IMG/VR virus record: IMGVR_UViG_3300005678_000009
Span: 1 to 64,000 of that record
Length of the DNA: 64,000 nt
Direction: 5' to 3' (one strand)
Source of the DNA: an uncultured virus (IMG/VR IMGVR_UViG_3300005678_000009)
Lineage: Duplodnaviria; Heunggongvirae; Uroviricota; Caudoviricetes
In this document: in pieces, positions 47,054 to 54,614 of the stretch
How positions within the stretch are numbered: the first letter of the stretch is position 1
Layout: each line of letters opens with the position of its first letter
Notes under the pieces: generated by a model
Told to the model about the DNA's origin: nothing
The model's input: the letters and a program-made list of their open reading frames with translations, nothing else
Database searches by the model: none
Position numbers and translations under genes: made by a program

Positions 47054-48118
47054 TTATAATTCTGCTTCAGCGACCCAATGAACTTTACAAGTAGCTCCAC
47101 CTGCTGTAGAGTTACTTTGGCCGCCCAAAGCAAAGCCTGTCTGTCCAGGGTTAGCCGTAGTAGAAGACCAGTCTCCAGGTGTTCCGCCTATAGACCTAAT
47201 CTGGTTATTTGCCGCATTAGGATTTAACATAGTAACCGTTGGAGTAGCTCTTTTAGTTGCCTTAAATGTCACCGGGGCTACTTCTTGAGAAGTACTCGGA
47301 GATAAATTTGGAAATGAGTGAGCGCCAGTTAATATTCCAGAGTTAGTTACAGGAACATCGGTAATGTTAAAACTTTTTTCATAATATCTTTGACAAGCTA
47401 CCAATTCTTCATCAATCGACGCACCAAATGTCTTGAAAGCTTGAGCGGCGTTACCTTCGTTTAACATAACACCGGTAATTCTAAAATCAGTAGCTCCAGT
47501 ATTAGTTCCATTTACTTGATTAGAAGTAGCACTAAAGTCGCCAGTTTGCCAAGAACCAGCTGTTGTTTGAAAAGTAGAACCACACGCTATAGTCCATGAA
47601 ACTCTAAGACCTACTCCATTAGTGTAGTTCCAAGTTCCAGCAGTAGGAGATGCACTAACAGTTATTGTTTTATATTCCCAAGTATTAGCACTATTTATAG
47701 TATATTCTGCAACATATGAACGATCAGCTCCCGAATTAGAAAAAGCTACACAATAAGTACCAGTTAGAGTTGCTTTTACCCAAAAAGAAAAAGTAAAACT
47801 TTTTTGAGCTAAATTAATAAAATTATATCCCTCAATGTAATGTCTCATTATACAAAATTCACCTGCTGCTATAGAAGTATCAGGAGTTGTTAAGTTTAGT
47901 CTTAAGCTATTCTTAAATAAATAACCTGCTTGGGCAAAAGTAGGAACATCTGTATCTTGTGATATCGTATGTACCATAGCGCCATTCTTTAAATATTGAT
48001 TTCTATCAAGAGTGTACTGACCATTAGTTGGTGCTACAAAACTAGGTCCTCTTTGAGCGATTTGCATATCACCATTAATAATTAAATTTTGTTTTGGTTT
48101 TGAACTAATAATTCCCAT
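47054..48118 (-). CDS. Tail fibre / receptor-binding protein with a carbohydrate-binding-like domain
   Basis: 'NLIINGDMQIAQRG...FTFSFWVKAT...ITGVMLNEG...ELVACQRYYEKS...WVAEAEL'. Confidence 0.72.
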   Translation of the reverse strand: MGIISSKPKQNLIINGDMQIAQRGPSFVAPTNGQYTLDRNQYLKNGAMVHTISQDTDVPTFAQAGYLFKNSLRLNLTTPDTSIAAGEFCIMRHYIEGYNFINLAQKSFTFSFWVKATLTGTYCVAFSNSGADRSYVAEYTINSANTWEYKTITVSASPTAGTWNYTNGVGLRVSWTIACGSTFQTTAGSWQTGDFSATSNQVNGTNTGATDFRITGVMLNEGNAAQAFKTFGASIDEELVACQRYYEKSFNITDVPVTNSGILTGAHSFPNLSPSTSQEVAPVTFKATKRATPTVTMLNPNAANNQIRSIGGTPGDWSSTTANPGQTGFALGGQSNSTAGGATCKVHWVAEAEL

Positions 48119-48120
48119 AA

Positions 48121-50256
48121 TTACTCCGTAATAATCTCAAACACATTGTCTAGGTTTGCAGGGTCATTGGAAAATGAACCTGTCATGTAACAATCTGTCA
48201 TGAAGCATTTATTTGCTCCACTATTAAAGGTTACGTTTCCAGATACTTTTAACCACTTGATAATAGAACCCAAAGCACCTGAGGCAACAGTTAAGTTACC
48301 ACTAAGTACTGAACCTGGCCCTTTTCCAGAGATCATCAGTCTCTTACTTAAAGTTGTATTTCCAGAAAGAGTCACGTTATTTAACACTAAAATATTACTT
48401 CCAACCACAACTGCATCATGAGCTGCCTGTAAACTAGAATGCGTTGCTGTTCCAGCTGTGACTTGAGCTGCACTTCCCACAATCGCATCGTACAAACCAA
48501 TAAGTTTATTAGATTGTGTGAAAGAAGCATCGTAAACACCAAACTGTTTGATAATCATAATATCAACAGTTGCTACAGATAGGTCTGTACTGAATAGAAT
48601 TCTTCTATACAACCCATTTGAATCTGTGGTCACTGTATAACTTAATTGTGAACTTGGATTTACACCACTAGAAATAAATTTTGGTACATCTTGTCCATTT
48701 ACTGTTACCTTTACCTGAGCACCAACACCGCCTGGGTCAACACTAGGATTGACATCAAAATTTAAGTCAAATCGTGTAAAACCACCAGAAGTAGAAATGG
48801 TTCCGTTATAGGTAGTTGTCGAATTATCACTAGTTCCATAGGCAGAAGCTAACACCCCACCATTAATAGCCTCGGCTTCTTGGTAAAAGTTAGCTGTATA
48901 ATCTAAAAGATTTGCACCTGCGGTTACAGAGCCATTCCCAGGATTGCAGAAAAATACTAAAAATAAACGTTCGTCATCAGTATTAGCTGTAATTGGAAAG
49001 TGAGATAAAGAACTTGGAGCTGCTGGTCTTACCAACAAGTTTCCATTAACAGCAGATCCTTGATTCCAAAATGTTGTTAATGGGAAATCGGTATCAGCTT
49101 GTAAGCCTTCATTACATGCACTCATTACAATTCGAGCTGTTTGTGTAAAATCACCAACATCATCGTTAGCTGCTAAACTATCCATGTAATCAATCAAAAC
49201 TTGATTGACATTTTCATTTGGATAAAAATCTCTAGGTCTAGTTAATTCAGTTACAGAACCATAATTCACTAGATCTTGAATCCAAACAGCTTGAGAAATC
49301 ATCAAAGTGTTGCCGTTTGCAGCATCTCCACCAGAAAAAGCTGCATCCAAAACAAAATCTGTTTGAGAGTTAACCGTGCCGATTCTTCTCCATTGTCCAA
49401 TTCGAGCGCCATTGGTCATATAAACAATGTCACCAACCTGAACTGTAAAGCTAGGAGCTGAATTGATTGTTAATGCAGTACCAGAAGAGGTGTTAACTGT
49501 TTTTGACTTATCACAAAGTAATCTATAAAGTTTTTTACCAGCATCGTAGGTTGCTTTTGTGTATGTTGAATAAACAGTGTCGTCTGCACTACCCTGAATT
49601 GCCGAAAATGAATCGTTGATAAGCATTTTGTAGCCAGGAGCTACTTCTAAAACACCAGAACCTGAACCAGAACCACCAGCACCAGTGCCAACATACTGAT
49701 AGATTTTAGTTTGAGGGATAACCTGAACAACACCAGCGATAGTTTGTAGAGTGATGAATCCAATTGGAATTACACTGTCAGGAGCAGCTGTTACTGTGGC
49801 ATTGGCCTCAGTAGCATTTGAGGTACCAAAGATAAGATTTAAGTTATTGTTTGCATCTAAATAAACAAGTGCTTTAATGTATTCATTCGCACCCATTGAA
49901 AAAGTAGCATTGTTCCCTGGAGATACCGTTACAGTTCCTGGAGAAGCTGGAAAAGTGATTGTTCCACCAGCAAAATTAGGTGTATTAGCACCAATTGTTG
50001 GGAGAGCTTTAGAAAATGAGCTTTCTGAGTTAGTTAAAAGACCAGCACCTACGTTCACAATAAGTGAAGCAGGGGAATTTGCAGTTAAACGTAAAAGCGG
50101 TGTTAACTCAGCGTTAATACTTGCCAGTAAATTGTCTAATTCACTTTGATTGGCTGGTTTAGCATCTGATGTGCCAGCATAACCAGTAGCACTTGCAATT
50201 TGTTGCAAATACTGTCTAATCGTGACTTGTCTGGCATCTGTGATTGTGCGAGCCAT
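48121..50256 (-). CDS. Tail/baseplate-associated structural protein
   Basis: 711 aa, G/S/T/N-rich, C-terminal beta-helix-like segment; tail-module context. Confidence 0.65.
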   Translation of the reverse strand: MARTITDARQVTIRQYLQQIASATGYAGTSDAKPANQSELDNLLASINAELTPLLRLTANSPASLIVNVGAGLLTNSESSFSKALPTIGANTPNFAGGTITFPASPGTVTVSPGNNATFSMGANEYIKALVYLDANNNLNLIFGTSNATEANATVTAAPDSVIPIGFITLQTIAGVVQVIPQTKIYQYVGTGAGGSGSGSGVLEVAPGYKMLINDSFSAIQGSADDTVYSTYTKATYDAGKKLYRLLCDKSKTVNTSSGTALTINSAPSFTVQVGDIVYMTNGARIGQWRRIGTVNSQTDFVLDAAFSGGDAANGNTLMISQAVWIQDLVNYGSVTELTRPRDFYPNENVNQVLIDYMDSLAANDDVGDFTQTARIVMSACNEGLQADTDFPLTTFWNQGSAVNGNLLVRPAAPSSLSHFPITANTDDERLFLVFFCNPGNGSVTAGANLLDYTANFYQEAEAINGGVLASAYGTSDNSTTTYNGTISTSGGFTRFDLNFDVNPSVDPGGVGAQVKVTVNGQDVPKFISSGVNPSSQLSYTVTTDSNGLYRRILFSTDLSVATVDIMIIKQFGVYDASFTQSNKLIGLYDAIVGSAAQVTAGTATHSSLQAAHDAVVVGSNILVLNNVTLSGNTTLSKRLMISGKGPGSVLSGNLTVASGALGSIIKWLKVSGNVTFNSGANKCFMTDCYMTGSFSNDPANLDNVFEIITE

Positions 50257-50864
50257 TACTCACTTCCTTTAGAAAGATTCTCTTGTGCCCATAAAGGCTG
50301 TAAATTACTATAATGACAAGATTGAAAAATAGATTCCTCTTTTGTCAAATCAAACTTAGCTAATGGGATGATGTGATCTATATGCCACCCTGTCAATCCC
50401 CAATTTTCCCAAGTCATGCCTGGTTGAAATTTTGATTCTAAATGAATCTTTAAATTGGCAATAGAACAACCTAAATACTTTTCAGTATTTAACTTCTTTC
50501 CCCTTCCCTTTAAAGCCATGTATAATCTCGATCTCATATTTTCTTTTATTTTAAATTCAACATCACTTTTCATCTTGTTTCTTTTCCATTCAAGTTTATT
50601 AGCTTTGTTGTTTTTGTACCATTCTTTGTAGCGATTTCTATCTTTTTCCCTATTGTTTTGAAACCATAGGTTGTTTTTGATTGAAATTGCCTCTTTGTTG
50701 TTTAAATAGTATGCTTTTTGATATTCAACAATCCTCTCTTTGTTTAAAGATTGGTATTGTTTCTTACATTCCTTACACACACTATCTATCCCTAACATAC
50801 CCTTTTTATGCTTATGAAATTGATCATTTTCTTTATCAATTTCACACTTACTACACTTTTTCAC
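50256..50864 (-). CDS. Free-standing HNH homing endonuclease
   Basis: N-terminal CSKC...CKEC; 'LGCS', 'GMTWENWG', 'WHIDHIIPL', 'HYSNLQPLWA.ENLSKG'. Confidence 0.88.
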   Translation of the reverse strand: MKKCSKCEIDKENDQFHKHKKGMLGIDSVCKECKKQYQSLNKERIVEYQKAYYLNNKEAISIKNNLWFQNNREKDRNRYKEWYKNNKANKLEWKRNKMKSDVEFKIKENMRSRLYMALKGRGKKLNTEKYLGCSIANLKIHLESKFQPGMTWENWGLTGWHIDHIIPLAKFDLTKEESIFQSCHYSNLQPLWAQENLSKGSE

Positions 50865-51181
50865 GGCGCACGATCAATTCTAAATCGTAAAAAATCACCA
50901 GCTACCAACTGAAAAGTAAATTGCACTTGAGTTGAAGAAGCGTAGGTGTAGTCCAAAACTGGACGTAAACGATCTAAACCTAAATAAATTTCCAGTTCTG
51001 GACCAGTGTAGGTTTGTCCACTGGGTAGAGTTACAGAAGAACCTGCGTTGATAGGACCGTTAATTTGACCTGCTCCTGCGCCTGCAGAAACAACCTCTAA
51101 TTGCTGGTCGTAGATAGTTGGGGATGCACTTTCGTCTACCATTCTTGGTATACCAGCTACTAATGCTAATTTTCTAGCCAT
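50861..51181 (-). CDS. Small virion structural protein
   Basis: 'L.....L....DY....T.V.F.F.L..GD' beta module also seen in 54615-57395. Confidence 0.6.
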   Translation of the reverse strand: MARKLALVAGIPRMVDESASPTIYDQQLEVVSAGAGAGQINGPINAGSSVTLPSGQTYTGPELEIYLGLDRLRPVLDYTYASSTQVQFTFQLVAGDFLRFRIDRAP

Positions 51182-51200
51182 TTAATCCCTCAACTACCTT

Positions 51201-51211
51201 ATTATACCACA
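51201..51211 (-). promoter_or_regulatory. TGTGG-TATAAT promoter motif inside the tail module
   Basis: Reverse complement of ATTATACCACA, upstream of the gene starting at 51181. Confidence 0.68.
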
Positions 51212-51213
51212 AA

Positions 51214-53223
51214 TTAAGCGATACCGTTCAGTTGCATAGCCTGAACCATAATTTTTCCTGTCTCTTGTACCATACCAATTCTTACAGAAGCGCGGTTAGA
51301 AAGATCAGGGTATGAAACTTGAGATACTGCATCCCATGCTCCAGAAGCTACCAAGTGTACTGGTTCGCCAACTTCACCAGCAGCAAAAGCCGTATCGTTA
51401 GCAAGTAATGAGATTTCACCCATCATAATAACTGTGATGTTCTGTCCTGCAGATACAGCACCTGTAGGCTGAACCAATCCAATTACATAGAAATTGTTTA
51501 CAGACGAAGCATCGTAGTCAGCTTTATAAACTCGACCAGCTGTTTCACCAGTTCTAGCCATACGAACTGCAAATGTAGTGTCAGCAGCGAATGATTCGCC
51601 AGCTACCATTACCTTACGGATGCTTGGAGCGTGTTGAACAGCAGCAGCTGAACCAGAACCACCTGTGATGGTTAATTGGTCATACGCACCTGATTTAATT
51701 CTTAATGCATTTGAATTGCGCTCGATAGAAGAATCGTCAACTTCAACTTGGATTTTTGATCCACCGCCACCAGTGATTGCACCAGTAGAAGAGAATGAAG
51801 TAGAAACAATTTTGTTTTCATCAACTGAATTCGCAGCCAATTTAGCTAATGTAACACCAAGATCTTTAATTCTTAATGCATTTGAGCTGATTTCGATAGT
51901 TGAGTTATCAACTTGAACAGCTGTACCAGCAGCACCAGCAAGTAAAGCACCTGCAGGGTCAAATTTGATTGCAAGTTCATTAGAACCTGTAAATCTTAAT
52001 GAAGGATTTGAAGCCTCAAGTTTAATTCTTAACTGACCAGCTACGTTACCAGGATTTGTTGATTCTAAACCAGATACAGTTGCCAAATCGACAGAGAAAG
52101 TCGAACCGGCAAAAGTGATCATGTCACCGCCGATTAAACCAGCGATTGGATTGAAATATGAGAAATTAATTGGGTCTGTACCAATAGCAGATACAACACC
52201 ATACTGAACAAATACTTGTCCAGCTTGCGAACCTTCGCGGATCGCAACCCACGCACCATTTACCTCATCAATAGGAGATAAAGAATCCATGTCTGTTGCA
52301 CGTGACCACGCACCAGCAGCAGCTACGTAAATACCATTTTCTTCAGGAGCTGATTGGTTTTTAACCAAAACTCTATCGCCAGCAATGATTGAAACGCCAT
52401 CGATAGTTTGAGCACCGCTTAAAGCGATGTTTGCTGTTGTTGCAGCACGAGCAGGAGCTTTAGGAGTAAGACCATTTAAACGAGCTTGCAAATAAGACAA
52501 TGACACTGCGTCTTGAGCAGCAACTGGGTCAGCTAAATTTGTAAGCTTAAAACCACCCATTGATTGATCTGCAGCAAAAGCATTAACACCAGAAATTAAA
52601 ATCGCTTGTTCATAACGAACTGAATCACCAGATGAAGAACCAGCCGCCAAACCTGTAAGCTTAAAACCACCCATAGGTTGGTTTGCTGTAAAAGATCGTG
52701 AACCATCACGAAGAATTGAGTTGTTTACATCAGCTAAATCCACATTGGCGTCAGCCATTGTGATTGTGCGAGTAGTAGCTGCAGAAATGTTAGCTAATTG
52801 AAACTTTAAAAGTTTAGAATTATCCAAATTGTCATAAAGCTCAAAAATACTGTCATCAAATGAAGTACCACCAGCAGCAGCTAAAGCCGCATCGATACCT
52901 TCTAAGTGATCTTGTACTACCTGAGAAGCTGCAGAGTAATTAACAGGAGTGTTATTAACACCAATTCTATCAGCACCTGAAGTACCGCCAGTAGAACCTA
53001 ATTCAGTCTCTGTAAAATAACGACCGTCATGTGTATGATAACTTGAATCAACATCAGAACCGTTCTGTAAAGATACCAAACGATCTAAAATCGCCTTGGT
53101 TAACTCTGTATTTGAAACACCACCGCCAACTTTAATAGACGTGGTGACTAATGTATTTGAAGCAATGTCCACATTTCGTGTGGTACCTTGAATCAACCTT
53201 GCTAAAACTGAAATATCAGCCAT
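51214..53223 (-). CDS. Tail fibre-like structural protein
   Basis: 'HTHDGRYFTETE', two 'MGGFKLT.LA' repeats, 'RAATTANIALSGAQTIDGV...GDRVLVKNQ...NGIY', two 'SNALRIK' repeats. Confidence 0.75.
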   Translation of the reverse strand: MADISVLARLIQGTTRNVDIASNTLVTTSIKVGGGVSNTELTKAILDRLVSLQNGSDVDSSYHTHDGRYFTETELGSTGGTSGADRIGVNNTPVNYSAASQVVQDHLEGIDAALAAAGGTSFDDSIFELYDNLDNSKLLKFQLANISAATTRTITMADANVDLADVNNSILRDGSRSFTANQPMGGFKLTGLAAGSSSGDSVRYEQAILISGVNAFAADQSMGGFKLTNLADPVAAQDAVSLSYLQARLNGLTPKAPARAATTANIALSGAQTIDGVSIIAGDRVLVKNQSAPEENGIYVAAAGAWSRATDMDSLSPIDEVNGAWVAIREGSQAGQVFVQYGVVSAIGTDPINFSYFNPIAGLIGGDMITFAGSTFSVDLATVSGLESTNPGNVAGQLRIKLEASNPSLRFTGSNELAIKFDPAGALLAGAAGTAVQVDNSTIEISSNALRIKDLGVTLAKLAANSVDENKIVSTSFSSTGAITGGGGSKIQVEVDDSSIERNSNALRIKSGAYDQLTITGGSGSAAAVQHAPSIRKVMVAGESFAADTTFAVRMARTGETAGRVYKADYDASSVNNFYVIGLVQPTGAVSAGQNITVIMMGEISLLANDTAFAAGEVGEPVHLVASGAWDAVSQVSYPDLSNRASVRIGMVQETGKIMVQAMQLNGIA

Positions 53224-53241
53224 TTAATAACTCCTAATTGC

Positions 53242-53526
53242 TTACGTTGTTAAAGATTGCTCTTTAACGGCTTTTTTGGACTTTCGTCCACGTTTTGGTT
53301 TTTCTTTAATGTTTTCAATAACTTGTTCTTTATTTTCTTGTAAAGGAACAATTTTATAATGAATTTGTGTTTGCATACCATAAATATTCAGAATTTCATT
53401 ACATTTTAGGTTTGCTTCATCCATGATTTTAGCCATTTCTTGCCCAATTTGAGCACTAATAGCCTCAGCTTGTTGCATAGACATCTTGTTTAGATCGACT
53501 TTTCGCTCACGTTTACTGTGGTGCAT
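53242..53526 (-). CDS. Hypothetical protein
   Basis: SD GGAG; carries a CAATCTTTA motif at 53251-53259. Confidence 0.6.
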   Translation of the reverse strand: MHHSKRERKVDLNKMSMQQAEAISAQIGQEMAKIMDEANLKCNEILNIYGMQTQIHYKIVPLQENKEQVIENIKEKPKRGRKSKKAVKEQSLTT

Positions 53527-53533
53527 AAAACTC

Positions 53534-53965
53534 CTATAATTGGCCTACTACGCCAATGTTTAAAACTAAGTCCTTGTTTGCAGGAACATCGGCATTCTTG
53601 CCAATGCTTCCGATCATAATAATCCAATCCCCAGATACAAAACCATCAACCCCAATACTTGGTTTAGTAGTGGTTAAACCACCTGTTTTACTAACAAAAA
53701 CTGGGTCACCAAAGCTGCCAGTGATTGTGATGTTGGTTAGTCGACCACTTGTAAATACCGGCCCTAATGACAAATTGGCAATTGCAGTCCCTGTAACCGC
53801 ATTGACTGCAAAAGCATGAGATTCATCAGAAACATCAATAAAATCGATATCGCCTGTACTTGTAGACCTTACAGGTGTAGCCTTGGCCATCAAAGAACCA
53901 GAGACATTTTGTCTTTGGTCCGAAATACCAACCGCAGTGATAGTATCGTATGGTCTGTAAGTCAC
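53534..53965 (-). CDS. Virion structural protein (decoration/fibre-like beta domain)
   Basis: Resembles the C-terminal domain of 51214-53223 ('G.PV....G.L...'). Confidence 0.55.
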   Translation of the reverse strand: MTYRPYDTITAVGISDQRQNVSGSLMAKATPVRSTSTGDIDFIDVSDESHAFAVNAVTGTAIANLSLGPVFTSGRLTNITITGSFGDPVFVSKTGGLTTTKPSIGVDGFVSGDWIIMIGSIGKNADVPANKDLVLNIGVVGQL

Positions 53966-54612
53966 AAAACTTCCTTAAATTTAAAAATATAGCCCTTATG
54001 AGTCTTTATTTTTCCAAGTAGACAAGAATTCACGCTCTTATCTTTTAAATTCAATTCTTCTGCACACAATCTTTGATTTTTATAAACACCAATATATTTA
54101 GTTTCCAATATTATAAAATTTTTAGACCTGCAATTACCAATTGACTTAATTATCCTAAATACCTCAAAAGATTTTGACCCATGTCCATTAGAAATATTAT
54201 TTCTTCTTTTAAGATTATGTTTTTTATTTTTTAATGATTTTGAAATATTGGCTTTCCATTCATTTGTGAGATTGTATTTTTTTCTACTATCTTTCATTTT
54301 CTCAATAGTGTGTTTTGAATGCCTAATTCCTTTAAAACCAGACTCACCACCAGCAGAAACGTTATATCCAAATTTTTTATCTTGCAATTGCCATTTGTCA
54401 ATTAGTTTTTTCTCCATATGTAAACATGTGTCTTTGCTTGCATTTTTAATTAAATATTTAAATGTGCAATTATTCCATCCATGTTTCTTAATGGCCCTTC
54501 CTACCACAGTATGCTTGTGGCCTTTAGAATGATATTGTTTTCTTTGACCATCGTTTGACTCAACACCAACGTATTTTTTATTATTAGGAAAAACAATGCA
54601 ATATAAATTCAT
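53962..54612 (-). CDS. GIY-YIG homing endonuclease with NUMOD-type DNA-binding repeats
   Basis: 'LYCIVFPNNKKYVG', 'RAIKKHG', 'E...I', 'GYN...GG', 'RHSKHT..KM', 'KTHKGYIFK'; AT-rich. Confidence 0.82.
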   Translation of the reverse strand: MNLYCIVFPNNKKYVGVESNDGQRKQYHSKGHKHTVVGRAIKKHGWNNCTFKYLIKNASKDTCLHMEKKLIDKWQLQDKKFGYNVSAGGESGFKGIRHSKHTIEKMKDSRKKYNLTNEWKANISKSLKNKKHNLKRRNNISNGHGSKSFEVFRIIKSIGNCRSKNFIILETKYIGVYKNQRLCAEELNLKDKSVNSCLLGKIKTHKGYIFKFKEVL

Positions 54613-54614
54613 AA

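Noticed and set aside
45658..48118. Diversity-generating retroelement (TR/VR pair) in the fibre paralogs
   Set aside because: No reverse transcriptase in the window; differences look mostly synonymous and not adenine-specific; both copies are coding.
51690..52675. Short nucleotide repeats in the fibre gene as an invertible or shuffling system
   Set aside because: They are direct repeats that simply encode repeated peptide motifs (SNALRIK, MGGFKLT); no invertase is present.
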